Shown here piece after piece: positions 44,850 through 54,178 of a stretch of DNA of 64,000 bases. Origin of the DNA: Rhodobiaceae bacterium. GTDB lineage: Bacteria > Pseudomonadota > Alphaproteobacteria > Rhizobiales > NORP267. The notes below the pieces were generated by a model. It was given only the letters and a program-made list of their open reading frames with translations. It ran no database searches and was not told the origin of the DNA. Position numbers and translations under genes: made by a program. Location: positions 16,922 to 80,921 of the forward strand of contig JAGRLG010000029.1 of NCBI GenBank assembly GCA_020441905.1, given 5' to 3'. Every line of letters starts with the position of its first letter. Position 1 is the first letter of the stretch.

Positions 44850-46197
44850 AGCGAGCATCCTTCTGGTCGATGACGACGACGACCTGCGCCTGACGCTGGC
44901 CCAGGGGCTGGAACTTGCCGGCTTCGCGGTCGAGGCTTTCGACCATCCCGGCGCGGTGCCGGAGCGCATTTCCAAGTCCTTCCACGGTGTCCTGGTCACC
45001 GATATCCGCCTGCCCGGAATGGACGGCATCGCTCTCATGCGTACCGTGCTCGAGATCGACCCGGCCCTGCCCGTCGTTCTCATCACCGGCCATGGCGATG
45101 TTTCGCTGGCGGTGGAATCGATGAAGGCCGGCGCTTACGATTTCATCGAGAAACCCTTCGCGACCTCGGAGCTCGAAGCCGTCGTCACGCGCGCCGTCGA
45201 ACGCCGTCGCCTGGTGCTGGAAAACCGCGCCCTGCGCGAGCAGCTCTCCGGCGCCAGCGGCCTCGAGGAGCAGATCGTCGGCCGCTCGCCGGTGGCGATC
45301 GAATTGCGCAAGAAGGTGGCGATGATCGCCGGCACCGACGCCGATGTCCTGATCCTTGGCGATACCGGCGCCGGCAAGGAGGTAATCGCCCGCGCCCTGC
45401 ACGAAACCGGGCCGCGCGCGGCGAAGCATTTTGTCGCCATCAATTGCGCCGCCCTGCCCGCCGAGATCATTGAATCGGAGCTTTTCGGCCATGAGGCCGG
45501 CGCCTTCACCGGCGCCCGGGACAAGCGCATCGGCAAATTGGAACACGCCCAGGGCGGCACCGTCTTTCTCGACGAGATCGAATCCATGCCGCTCGACCTT
45601 CAGGCCAAGCTGCTGCGCGTCATCGAAACGCGCAGCCTGGAGCGCCTCGGCTCCAACCGGCAGGTCACCCTTGACGTCCGTTTCCTCGCCGCCTCCAAGG
45701 CCGATCTGGCGCGCCTCTCCGCCTCGGGCGGCTTTCGCGAGGACCTCTATTACCGCCTCAATGTCGTGACCATCGAGGTGCCGCCGCTGGCCGCCCGGCG
45801 CGAGGACGTGCCGCTCTTGCTGCATCACCTGATGCGCAAGGCGCGGGCACGCTATCACCGCGACGTGCCGGAGCTGTCGCCGGCGGCGCTGGCGGCGCTG
45901 GCGGCGCGCGACTGGCCCGGCAATGTGCGCGAATTGCGCAACATGGCCGATCGCCTGGTCCTCGGCGTTGTCGATCCGGCGGAAATCGGCGCTCCGCTGG
46001 CCGGCGACGGCGCCGGCGGGGAAAGCCTGGCCGAGCAGGTCGGCGCCTTCGAGCGCAACGTCATCCAGCACACCTTGCTCAGCCATGGCGGACGCCTCAA
46101 GCCGACCTACGAGGTCCTCGGCGTATCGCGCAAGACGCTCTACGACAAGATCCGCCGCCACGGCCTCGGCAAGTTCGCCGATGGGGAGAATTCGTGA
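44842..46197 (+). CDS. dctD: Sigma-54-dependent response regulator (DctD/NtrC family)
   Basis: The TTG start at 44842 (AAGGAG SD 10 nt upstream) gives 'MSEASILLVDDDDDLR'. Receiver domain, AAA+ 'GDTGAGKEV', 'GAFTGA' (GAFTGA loop), 'ESELFGHE', and a C-terminal Fis-type HTH 'VLGVSRKTLYDKIRRHGL'. Confidence 0.88.
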   Translation: MSEASILLVDDDDDLRLTLAQGLELAGFAVEAFDHPGAVPERISKSFHGVLVTDIRLPGMDGIALMRTVLEIDPALPVVLITGHGDVSLAVESMKAGAYDFIEKPFATSELEAVVTRAVERRRLVLENRALREQLSGASGLEEQIVGRSPVAIELRKKVAMIAGTDADVLILGDTGAGKEVIARALHETGPRAAKHFVAINCAALPAEIIESELFGHEAGAFTGARDKRIGKLEHAQGGTVFLDEIESMPLDLQAKLLRVIETRSLERLGSNRQVTLDVRFLAASKADLARLSASGGFREDLYYRLNVVTIEVPPLAARREDVPLLLHHLMRKARARYHRDVPELSPAALAALAARDWPGNVRELRNMADRLVLGVVDPAEIGAPLAGDGAGGESLAEQVGAFERNVIQHTLLSHGGRLKPTYEVLGVSRKTLYDKIRRHGLGKFADGENS

Positions 46198-46211
46198 CAT
46201 CGCGACTGGCC

Positions 46212-46233
46212 GATGTATGGAATTCCACACATC
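46212..46233. promoter_or_regulatory. Candidate upstream activator sequence (22-bp near-perfect palindrome)
   Basis: GATGTATGGAATTCCACACATC, with 2 mismatches from a perfect dyad. Its centre lies about 90 bp upstream of the -24 element of the dctP promoter. Confidence 0.35.
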
Positions 46234-46307
46234 TGGCAAGCCGCCCCGTCCCGGTGGAAGAGATTAAAATTTTATAAACAAACGCTTTTCTTGCGCAGTC
46301 AACGGAC

Positions 46308-46323
46308 TGGCACGGGGCCTGCA
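46308..46323 (+). promoter_or_regulatory. Sigma-54 (-24/-12) promoter of dctPQM
   Basis: TGGCACggggcCTGCA has the correct GG-N10-GC spacing (consensus TGGCACG-N4-TTGCW). It lies about 100 nt upstream of the dctP ATG and downstream of dctD. Confidence 0.65.
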
Positions 46324-46425
46324 ACCATGAGGTCAGGTTGACGCCATCTTGGGCGCATCGACTTGTATCCGACGGTTCGCAATGCTTGCGCCGTTTCAGT
46401 TGCACCTATCGGGAGGACTGCTCGC

Positions 46426-47418
46426 ATGAAACTTATTCTGGGTGCCGCCGCGGCGGCCGCAATTCTGTTTTCCGCGCCCTCGGCCTTCGCCAATTGCGAT
46501 CCGGGCGAAACCGTCATCAAATTCAGCCATGTCGTTGCCGGAACCGGCCATCCCAAGGGCGATGCCGCAACCCTGCTCGCAAGCCGCGTCAACGAGGAAA
46601 TGAATGGCAAGGCCTGCATGGAGGTCTTCCCGCAATCCACCCTTTATGACGACGATAAGGTCATGGAGGCCCTGTTGCTCGGCGACGTCCAGCTTGCCGC
46701 CCCCTCGCTCTCCAAGTTCGAGGCCTATACCAAGAAGTACCGCATTTTCGACATGCCGTTCCTGTTCGCCAATCTCAATGCCGTTGACGCCTTTATCGGC
46801 TCCGACAAGGGCAAGGACCTGCTCAAGGTCATGGAAGGCCAGGGCTATACCGGGCTCGGCTACTGGATGTCGGGCATGAAGTATTTCTCGGCCAAGAAGC
46901 CGCTTCTGGTGCCGGCCGATGCGGCCGGGCTGAAATACCGCGTGCAGACCTCCGATGTCGCGGTGGCGATGATCGAGGCCATGGGCGGATCGGCCCAGAA
47001 GCTCGCCTTCAAGGAGGTCTACGGCGCCTTGCAGACCGGCGTCGTCGACGGCCAGGAGAATACCTGGTGCAACATCTTCAAGCAGAAGTTCTTCGAGGTT
47101 CAGGACGGCATCACCGAAACCAGCCACCAGACCCTGGCCTATCTGCTGGTGACCTCGACCGAATGGCTGGCCGGGCTTGATCCCGCCGTCCGCGACCAGT
47201 TCCTCGCCATCGTGGCCAAGGTATCGATGGAGGCCAATGCCGACGTCGCCGCCAAGGAGGCCGAATGCAAGCAGGGCATCGTCAATGCCGGTGGCACGAT
47301 CCGCACCCTGACGCCGGAACAGCGCCAGCTTTGGGTCGATGCCATGAAGCCGGTCTGGGCCAAGTTCGAAGGCGATATCGGCAAGGACCTGATCGACGCC
47401 GCCGCTGCGACCAACTGA
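46426..47418 (+). CDS. dctP: TRAP transporter substrate-binding protein DctP
   Basis: ATG at 46426 with a GGGAGGA SD. Signal peptide 'MKLILGAAAAAAILFSAPSAFA', then 'IKFSHVVA...HPKG' and the DctP-family core. Confidence 0.9.
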   Translation: MKLILGAAAAAAILFSAPSAFANCDPGETVIKFSHVVAGTGHPKGDAATLLASRVNEEMNGKACMEVFPQSTLYDDDKVMEALLLGDVQLAAPSLSKFEAYTKKYRIFDMPFLFANLNAVDAFIGSDKGKDLLKVMEGQGYTGLGYWMSGMKYFSAKKPLLVPADAAGLKYRVQTSDVAVAMIEAMGGSAQKLAFKEVYGALQTGVVDGQENTWCNIFKQKFFEVQDGITETSHQTLAYLLVTSTEWLAGLDPAVRDQFLAIVAKVSMEANADVAAKEAECKQGIVNAGGTIRTLTPEQRQLWVDAMKPVWAKFEGDIGKDLIDAAAATN

Positions 47419-47444
47419 GAATGATGCTAATAGAGTAAGATAAC

Positions 47445-47474
47445 GGCCGTCCGGGCAGCCCTGCCCGGACGGCC
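47445..47474 (+). terminator. Strong intra-operon hairpin after dctP
   Basis: GGCCGTCCGGGCA-gccc-TGCCCGGACGGCC (13-bp perfect stem), 27 nt after the dctP stop. There is no U-tract, so it is likely an mRNA-stabilising or attenuating element, as often seen after SBP genes. Confidence 0.5.
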
Positions 47475-47523
47475 ATCGATACACCGGCCTTTTCGCCGGA
47501 ATCTGCGGGGGGAGAAACAAGCC

Positions 47524-48210
47524 ATGGCGCTGCTGTTATCGCTGCCGGTACTCATTCTGGCCGCCATCGTGGTTGCTTTCTTTCTCATCGAGAAGCGCTT
47601 TCCGCGCGCGATCACCGCATTTGAGGAAAACCTCCTCGCCATCCTGATGGCCACCATCACCCTGGTGTCCTTCACCCAGGTCATCGCCCGCTACGGCTTC
47701 AATTCCGGCTGGGGCGGAGCGCTTGAATTCACCCGCATCCTCTTTGCCTGGCTGATCCTGTTCGGCATGAGCTACGGCATCAAGATCGGCGCGCATCTCG
47801 GCGTTGACGCCGCCATCCGCCTGCTGCCCGCGCGCGGCTTTCGCGCGGCGGCTGTTTTCGGCGCCGTTTGCGGCATTCTCTACGCCGGCATCCTGCTCTA
47901 TTCCGACTGGCTTCAGTTCTTCGGCGCCAATGCCCGGGGCGGCGCCCTCGACTACTGGTCGAAGATGTACAAGATCGGGGTCGGCCTCGACGACCTGCGC
48001 TATCCCGACTGGATCCAGGAAGCTTTCGGCATGCGCGAGCGCGTCCAGCGCTGGATCGCCTACCTCATCCTGCCCATCGGGCTCGGCCTGTTCATGTATC
48101 GCTGCATTCAGGCCATGATCGCCATTCTGCGCGGCGAAAAGGAAATGATCATTGCCGCCCACGAGGCGGAGGAACTGGTCGCTGAAAACAAGAACGCATT
48201 GAAGGACTGA
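47524..48210 (+). CDS. dctQ: TRAP transporter small permease DctQ
   Basis: 228 aa with four hydrophobic helices. 'TQVIARYGFN' is a typical DctQ segment. It sits between dctP and dctM. Confidence 0.85.
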   Translation: MALLLSLPVLILAAIVVAFFLIEKRFPRAITAFEENLLAILMATITLVSFTQVIARYGFNSGWGGALEFTRILFAWLILFGMSYGIKIGAHLGVDAAIRLLPARGFRAAAVFGAVCGILYAGILLYSDWLQFFGANARGGALDYWSKMYKIGVGLDDLRYPDWIQEAFGMRERVQRWIAYLILPIGLGLFMYRCIQAMIAILRGEKEMIIAAHEAEELVAENKNALKD

Positions 48211-48216
48211 CCGGCC

Positions 48217-49836
48217 ATGGAATCCATCATCCTCTTCGCCCTCGTCCTCTCCCTCCTGTTCCTCGGCGTGCCGATCGCCATTTCGCTGGGCCTGTCGTCG
48301 ATCGTGCTGATCGCCTTCTTCTCGACCGACTCCCTGTCCTCGGTCGCGCTTCAGCTCTTCACCGCCTCGCAGAACTACACCCTGCTGGCGATCCCCTTCT
48401 TCATCCTCGCCTCGGCCTTCATGTCCACCGGCGGCGTGGCGCGGCGCATCATCCGCTTCGCCATTTCATCGGTCGGCCATTTCCGCGGCGGGCTGGCCAT
48501 GGCCAGCGTGCTCGCCTGCATGCTGTTCGCCGCCCTGTCCGGCTCCTCGCCGGCGACCGTGGTCGCCATCGGCACCATCGCCATCGCCGGCATGCGCCAG
48601 GTCGGCTACACCAAGGACTTCGCCGCCGGCATCATCGCCAATGCCGGCACCCTGGGCATCCTCATCCCGCCCTCGATCGTCATGGTGGTCTATTCGGCGG
48701 CCACCGATGTCTCGGTCGGGCGCATGTTCCTCGCCGGTGTCGTGCCCGGCATCGTCGCCGGCCTCATGCTCATGGCCGCGATCTATTTCATGGCCCGGCG
48801 GCGCAACCTGCCGGCCGAGGAATGGAAGGGCTTCCACGAAATCGTCAATGGCGGCAAGGAAGCCGGCTGGGGCCTGTTCCTGATCATCATCATCATAGGC
48901 GGCATCTATGGCGGCGTCTTCACGCCCACCGAGGCCGCCGCCGTCGCCGCCGTCTATGCCGCCTTTATTGCCCTGTTCATCTATCGCGACATGGGGCCGA
49001 TGAAGGACGTGTCCTGGCTGAAGGAAAGCGACAGCAAGAAGGCGCGGGTCGGCTTCTCGGCCCTGGTCTATGCCATCTCCTTCTTCTTCGTCTGGATGAT
49101 CCTGTCCTTCTTCGCCACCGCCGAGTGGGAAAATGTCACCGCCGGCGGGCGCGCCATCGTCGGCGTCGTCATCTCGGTGCTGCTCATGATCGCCTATGCC
49201 ATCTGGCGCGACCGCGACTCCAATCCGCTCAATATCCCCTCCTTCCTGCTTGCCAGCCTGCCGATCTGGCGGCGCAACCTGGCGCTGATGGGCCGCAATT
49301 TCCTCGCCGCCTGGGTCCATGCCGAAACGCGCCGGGTGCTGGTCGAATCCTCGCGCACGACGATCATGCTCATGTTCATCATCGTCAACGCGCTGCTCTT
49401 TGCCCATGTGCTGACCTCGGAGCGCATCCCCCAGACCATCACCGATCTGATGATCGGCGCCGGCTTCAACTGGTTCACCTTCCTCATCGCGGTCAATGTG
49501 CTGCTGCTGCTCGGCGGCCAGTTCATGGAGCCGTCCGGCCTGTTGCTCATCGTTGCCCCGGTGGTGTTCCCCATCGCCATGGAGCTTGGCGTCGATCCGG
49601 TGCATCTCGGCATCATCATGGTGGTGAACATGGAAATCGGCATGATCACGCCGCCGATCGGCCTCAACCTGTTCGTCACCTCGGGGATCACCGGCATGGA
49701 CCTCATACAGGTGGTGCGCGCGGCGGCGCCCTTTGTCGCCGTGCTCTTCGTCTTCCTGATCCTGGTCACCTATGTGCCGCAGCTCTCCACCACCCTGCCC
49801 TATGCGCTGATGGGGCCGGAGATCGTTACCCGCTGA
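48217..49836 (+). CDS. dctM: TRAP transporter large permease DctM (with ~105-aa internal insertion)
   Basis: 539 aa. 'LGVPIAISLGLSS', 'IPFFILA..FM..GG...RI' and 'PPSI.MV.Y' are DctM signatures. An extra two-helix segment lies between 'FIYRDMG' and 'VLVESSRTT'. Confidence 0.9.
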   Translation: MESIILFALVLSLLFLGVPIAISLGLSSIVLIAFFSTDSLSSVALQLFTASQNYTLLAIPFFILASAFMSTGGVARRIIRFAISSVGHFRGGLAMASVLACMLFAALSGSSPATVVAIGTIAIAGMRQVGYTKDFAAGIIANAGTLGILIPPSIVMVVYSAATDVSVGRMFLAGVVPGIVAGLMLMAAIYFMARRRNLPAEEWKGFHEIVNGGKEAGWGLFLIIIIIGGIYGGVFTPTEAAAVAAVYAAFIALFIYRDMGPMKDVSWLKESDSKKARVGFSALVYAISFFFVWMILSFFATAEWENVTAGGRAIVGVVISVLLMIAYAIWRDRDSNPLNIPSFLLASLPIWRRNLALMGRNFLAAWVHAETRRVLVESSRTTIMLMFIIVNALLFAHVLTSERIPQTITDLMIGAGFNWFTFLIAVNVLLLLGGQFMEPSGLLLIVAPVVFPIAMELGVDPVHLGIIMVVNMEIGMITPPIGLNLFVTSGITGMDLIQVVRAAAPFVAVLFVFLILVTYVPQLSTTLPYALMGPEIVTR

Positions 49837-49855
49837 GGCAACCGGGCCTTGCGGT

Positions 49856-50815
49856 TCAGGCTGGCAGCTTGAGCAGGCGGATGGCGTTTTGCGACGCGAT
49901 CTTGGCGCGCACGCTTTCGGAGATCCGGGCGGCGCGCATGAAATCGCCGGCCACCTGCGGGTCCTCGAAAGGATAGTCGGCGGCGAACATGATGTTGTCC
50001 TCGCCCAGCGCGGCAAGCGCGCAGGCCAGCGGTTCATCGGAATAGACCCCGGAAATGGTCACCGGAATGTTGCGCTTGATATAGCCCGAGGGCAGCGGGC
50101 GCGGATCGCCCGGCTCGCGGTAGAGCATGGCCCGGCTGTCGAGGCGCCACAGCAGATAGGGCAGCGTTTCGCCCATATGGCCGAGGATCAGCCGCGCGCC
50201 GGGAAAACGCTCGAAGGTGCCGTTGAAGACCATGCGCAAGGCGTGGGTAGCGGTCTCGACCGTCCATTCCCAGGTCGGCCGGCGCAGCAGCCGCTGGCCC
50301 TCCAGCGCGGCATAGGTGCGCTCCGGATCGGCCGGGTGCAGATAGATCGGCGCCGCCAGCTCCTGCGCCCGCTCCCAGAACGGGAAAAAGCGCTCCTCGT
50401 CGAGATAATGTCCCAGCGTCTGGCCGTTGATCAGGGCGCCGCAAAAGCCAAGCTCGCGCACGCAGCGCTCCAGTTCATCGGCGGCCCCTTGCGGATCCTG
50501 AAGCGCCAGATGGGCGAAACCAGCCAGCCGCTTTGGGTGCCGCGCCACCTTCCCGGCCAGCTCGTCATTGGCGCGCCGGGCATGGGACGTCGCCAGCGCC
50601 GCATCGGGTTCGGTCTGCACGCCGGGTCCTGAAACCGACAGCACGGCAAGGTCGATGCCGGCGGCGTCCATTTCCTCCAGGCGCAGGGTATCGCAGTCGA
50701 ACAGGCGCCGCTTGATGCGGTCATAGGTGACCTTCGGCATGCCGGCCACCGACGGTTCCCAATAATCTGCCAGATGCTGGGGAAGGAAATGCTCTTCGAG
50801 TGCGATGATCTTCAT
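49856..50815 (-). CDS. Amidohydrolase-2 family protein (ACMSD/metal-dependent hydrolase-like)
   Basis: 319 aa from ATG 50815. 'MKIIALEEHF' is a typical N-terminal metal-ligand strand. 'ILGHMGE' and 'FAADYPFE' are typical of the amidohydrolase_2 TIM-barrel family. Confidence 0.75.
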   Translation of the reverse strand: MKIIALEEHFLPQHLADYWEPSVAGMPKVTYDRIKRRLFDCDTLRLEEMDAAGIDLAVLSVSGPGVQTEPDAALATSHARRANDELAGKVARHPKRLAGFAHLALQDPQGAADELERCVRELGFCGALINGQTLGHYLDEERFFPFWERAQELAAPIYLHPADPERTYAALEGQRLLRRPTWEWTVETATHALRMVFNGTFERFPGARLILGHMGETLPYLLWRLDSRAMLYREPGDPRPLPSGYIKRNIPVTISGVYSDEPLACALAALGEDNIMFAADYPFEDPQVAGDFMRAARISESVRAKIASQNAIRLLKLPA

Positions 50816-50820
50816 GGCGT

Positions 50821-50927
50821 CCTGCTGGTGATTGGCCTGCTGGTGATTAGCCCGCTCGCTGGTTGGCCCGCTCGCTGGTCGGCTCCTCGCTTGTTGGCCC
50901 CTCGCTTGTTGGCCCCTCGCTAGATCG
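50821..50927. repeat. Array of seven 15-16-bp tandem repeats in three duplicated subtypes
   Basis: CCTGCTGGTGATTGG / CCTGCTGGTGATTAG / CCCGCTCGCTGGTTGG / CCCGCTCGCTGGTCGG / CTCCTCGCTTGTTGG / CCCCTCGCTTGTTGG / CCCCTCGCTAGATCG. The array starts 6 nt upstream of the amidohydrolase ATG. Confidence 0.85.
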
Positions 50928-51131
50928 CCCCGGCTGACGGCCGCGGCCCGGCCCATTGTACTATCATATGGTGCATATGTATCGTATCGCAGTCAACGCC
51001 GATTCACGGCCCACCGCGCCGGTTCATTTCGTCGTGGCGATTGCCTCATTCCTCCTCGACCGCGACAATGGCACAATGTCGACGCGGTAGCGAAGAAACG
51101 GCAGGGGCAAGCCTCGGGCCGGGGGGCGATC

Positions 51132-52808
51132 ATGGCCGATCAGGGATTCGAGTACAGGTTCCGGGCACCGCTGGGCGCGCCGCGGGACAAGGGCGCCGAG
51201 CCGCCAGCCTTTCGCCGCGAGGTCGTCGGCGGCATGCTCATCGAGCGCGATGTCGCCGTGCCGCTGCGCGACGGCACCGTGATCTATCTCGACCTTTTCC
51301 GCCCCGTTGACGGGCCGCCGGCCCCCCCGCTGATCGGCTGGGGACCCTATGGCAAGCACGGCCACACCCGCTACAGCCAGTCTTTCCCCAAGGCCGATGT
51401 CGCCGATGAACACCTGACGAAATATACCGCCTTCGAGGCCCCCGACCCGGTGTTCTGGGTCGCCAACGGCTATGCCGTCATCAATGTCGATCCGCGCGGC
51501 ACCTGGTATTCGCAAGGCCGCGCAACCTATCTTTCGCCCCAGGAGGCGGAGGACTTCTTCGACGTCATCGAATGGGCCGGCACCAGGGACTGGAGCAATG
51601 GCAAGGTCGGCCTGTCGGGGGTGTCCTACCTGACCTGTTCGCAGTGGCGGGTGGCGGAGTTGAACCCGCCCCACCTTGCCGCCATCAACCCCTGGGAGGG
51701 CTGGTCCGACACCTACCGCGAGGTGGCGCGCCATGGCGGCATTCCGGAAACCTCGTTCTGGCCCTATCTGCCGACGCGCTGGGGCCATTCGACGACGCAA
51801 GTCGAGGATTTGGCGCTTGAAACGGCGGAACGGCCCTTTTTCGATGCCTACTGGGCATCCAAGGCCGCGCAATTGGAGAAGATAGCGGTTCCCGCTTACG
51901 TCGTCGCGAGCTGGACCGACCAGGGCCTGCATACGCGCGGTACGCTGGAGGGCTTCCGGCGCATTTCCTCGGAGCAGAAATGGCTCGAGGTCCATGGCCG
52001 CAAGAAATGGGCGCATTACTACGACCCCGAAAGCGTGAAGCGGCAGAAGGCCTTTTTCGATCATTTCCTCAAGGGGCAGAAAAGCGAACTTGCCCGCTGG
52101 CCCAGGGTGCGTTTCGAGGTGCGCGAGAAGTATTTGACCGCGGCCGAACATGCGGCCACCGACTGGCCACTGCCCGGTACGCGCTACACCAGGCTCCATC
52201 TCGATGCCGCCGCCGGCAGCCTGTCTTTCGACCCGCCGCAAGGCGCGGCGCGGTGCGCCTATGACAGCGCGGCGGACAGCGCGGCGGGCGGCGAGGCGGC
52301 GCGGGCAAGCTTCGACATCACCTTTGCCGAGCCGGTGGAACTGGTCGGCCACATGAAGCTGCGCATCTGGATGGCGGCGGAGGCTTGCGACGACATGGAT
52401 ATCTTCGTCGCCGTGCAGAAGCTGGGCAAGGATGGCGAGATCGTGCCCTTTGCCTATTACGCCCAGTTTGAGGACGGCCCGGTGGCCCTGGGCTGGCTGC
52501 GCGCCTCGCACCGCGAACTCGATACCGCGCGCTCCACCGAGTATCGGCCGGTGCTTGCCCATGTCCGCGAGGCGAAACTGGTTCATGGCGGATTCGTGCC
52601 GCTGGACATCGAAATCTGGCCCTCGGGCACCGCCTTTGCCGCCGGCGAGGGCCTGCGCCTCGTCGTTCAGGGCCGCGATATCTACGATTATCCCAAGCCC
52701 AGCGTCTACGCCCGGCACGAGGATCTGGTCAATCGCGGCCGCCACCTGATCGCCACCGGCAGCGGCCGGGAATCCTATTTGCTGGTTCCCGTTACCGGGC
52801 CTGACTAA
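51132..52808 (+). CDS. CocE/NonD family hydrolase (S15 X-Pro dipeptidyl-peptidase-like alpha/beta hydrolase)
   Basis: 558 aa. 'RDGTVIYLDLFRP', the nucleophile elbow 'GLSGVSYL' (GxSYxG) and a C-terminal beta-sandwich domain are typical of the family. Confidence 0.8.
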   Translation: MADQGFEYRFRAPLGAPRDKGAEPPAFRREVVGGMLIERDVAVPLRDGTVIYLDLFRPVDGPPAPPLIGWGPYGKHGHTRYSQSFPKADVADEHLTKYTAFEAPDPVFWVANGYAVINVDPRGTWYSQGRATYLSPQEAEDFFDVIEWAGTRDWSNGKVGLSGVSYLTCSQWRVAELNPPHLAAINPWEGWSDTYREVARHGGIPETSFWPYLPTRWGHSTTQVEDLALETAERPFFDAYWASKAAQLEKIAVPAYVVASWTDQGLHTRGTLEGFRRISSEQKWLEVHGRKKWAHYYDPESVKRQKAFFDHFLKGQKSELARWPRVRFEVREKYLTAAEHAATDWPLPGTRYTRLHLDAAAGSLSFDPPQGAARCAYDSAADSAAGGEAARASFDITFAEPVELVGHMKLRIWMAAEACDDMDIFVAVQKLGKDGEIVPFAYYAQFEDGPVALGWLRASHRELDTARSTEYRPVLAHVREAKLVHGGFVPLDIEIWPSGTAFAAGEGLRLVVQGRDIYDYPKPSVYARHEDLVNRGRHLIATGSGRESYLLVPVTGPD

Positions 52809-52954
52809 CGCTTGCGTCGCGATCGCGCGCATGCGGATAATGATGCGACGTGCGGTCGCGCCCCGGTTACGGAGAGCGTAATCTATTGACTTATTGAATG
52901 TTATTCTCTAGAACTCATTACAACGATAACATTATCGTCAAGGGAGAAAAGTCA

Positions 52955-54133
52955 ATGTCGAGGATTGCAGCAGTAATTGTAAGTCTGTTCGCCTTGGCCG
53001 TCGGGATCTCCGGCGCCCAGGCCCAGGATACCGTGAAGGTCGGCCTTATCCTTCCCTATTCCGGCCAGTTCGCCGATGCCGGCATCCAGATCGAAAACGG
53101 GCTCAAGCTCTATATGAGCCAGCACGGCGATACTGTCGCCGGCAAGAAGATCGAAATCATCCGCAAGGATGTCGGCGGCATCGCCCCCGACGTTGCCAAG
53201 CGCCTGGCGCAGGAACTTATCGTGCGCGACGGCGTCGACATGATTGCCGGTTTTGCCCTGACGCCGAACGCGCTCGCCGCCGGCGACGTCTCGGCACAGG
53301 CCAAGAAGTTCATGGTGGTCATGAATGCCGCCACCTCGATCATCACCACCAAGTCGCCCTATATGGTCCGCACCTCGCTGACCATTCCCCAGCTTGAAGA
53401 AGCCTTTGGCGAATGGGTTGCCAAGAACGGCACCAAGACCGTCTACACCATGGTTTCCGACTACGGCCCCGGCCACGACGCCGAGCAGGCCTTCATCCGC
53501 GGCTACACCAAGGGCGGCGGCAAGATCGTCGGCTCGGTGCGCATGCCGATCGCCAATCCGGACTTCTCGGCCTTCGTCCAGCGCGCCAAGGATGTCAGCC
53601 CGGAAGGCATCTTCATCTTCGTGCCCGGCGGCGCCCAGCCGGCGGCTCTCGGCAAGGCGATGGCTGAACGCGGCATCGACCCGTCCAACACCAAGATCAT
53701 GGGCCAGGGCGAGATCACCATGGAAAAGGGGCTGGAAAGCCTGGGCGATTCCGCCCTCGGCATCGTCACCACCTTCCATTATGACGTCAGCCACGATTCC
53801 GACCTCAACCGCGCCTTCGTCAAGGACTACAAGGCGATGTTCGATCGCAACCCGGACCTCTTCAGCGCCGGCGGCTATGACGGCGCCCACCTGATCTACG
53901 AAGCGCTTAAGAAGACCAATGGCAACACCGACGCCCAGGCGCTTGTCGATGCCGCCAAGGGCATGGCCTGGGAAAGCCCGCGCGGCCCGGTTTCCATCGA
54001 TCCGGAAACCCGCGACATCATCCAGACCGTCTATGTGCGCGAGGTCCAGAAGGTCGATGGCGTTCTCACCAATGTCGAGATCGCCAAGATCGAAAACGTC
54101 AAGGACCCGGTCAAGGAAGCGATGAAGAAGTAA
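52955..54133 (+). CDS. ABC transporter substrate-binding protein (Leu/Ile/Val-binding, LivK-like family)
   Basis: ATG at 52955 with an AGGGAG SD. Signal peptide 'MSRIAAVIVSLFALAVGISGAQA', then 'VKVGLILPYSGQFAD', typical of the Peripla_BP_6 family. Confidence 0.85.
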   Translation: MSRIAAVIVSLFALAVGISGAQAQDTVKVGLILPYSGQFADAGIQIENGLKLYMSQHGDTVAGKKIEIIRKDVGGIAPDVAKRLAQELIVRDGVDMIAGFALTPNALAAGDVSAQAKKFMVVMNAATSIITTKSPYMVRTSLTIPQLEEAFGEWVAKNGTKTVYTMVSDYGPGHDAEQAFIRGYTKGGGKIVGSVRMPIANPDFSAFVQRAKDVSPEGIFIFVPGGAQPAALGKAMAERGIDPSNTKIMGQGEITMEKGLESLGDSALGIVTTFHYDVSHDSDLNRAFVKDYKAMFDRNPDLFSAGGYDGAHLIYEALKKTNGNTDAQALVDAAKGMAWESPRGPVSIDPETRDIIQTVYVREVQKVDGVLTNVEIAKIENVKDPVKEAMKK

Positions 54134-54178
54134 CCGGCCGGTCTATTTGGCAGCGGCAACAAGCATCCGAGAGCGCAT

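Noticed and set aside
50821-50927. Tandem repeat array considered as a CRISPR array.
   Set aside because: The units are 15-16 bp and directly adjacent with no spacers. There are no cas genes in the window, and the repeat length is far below CRISPR repeats.
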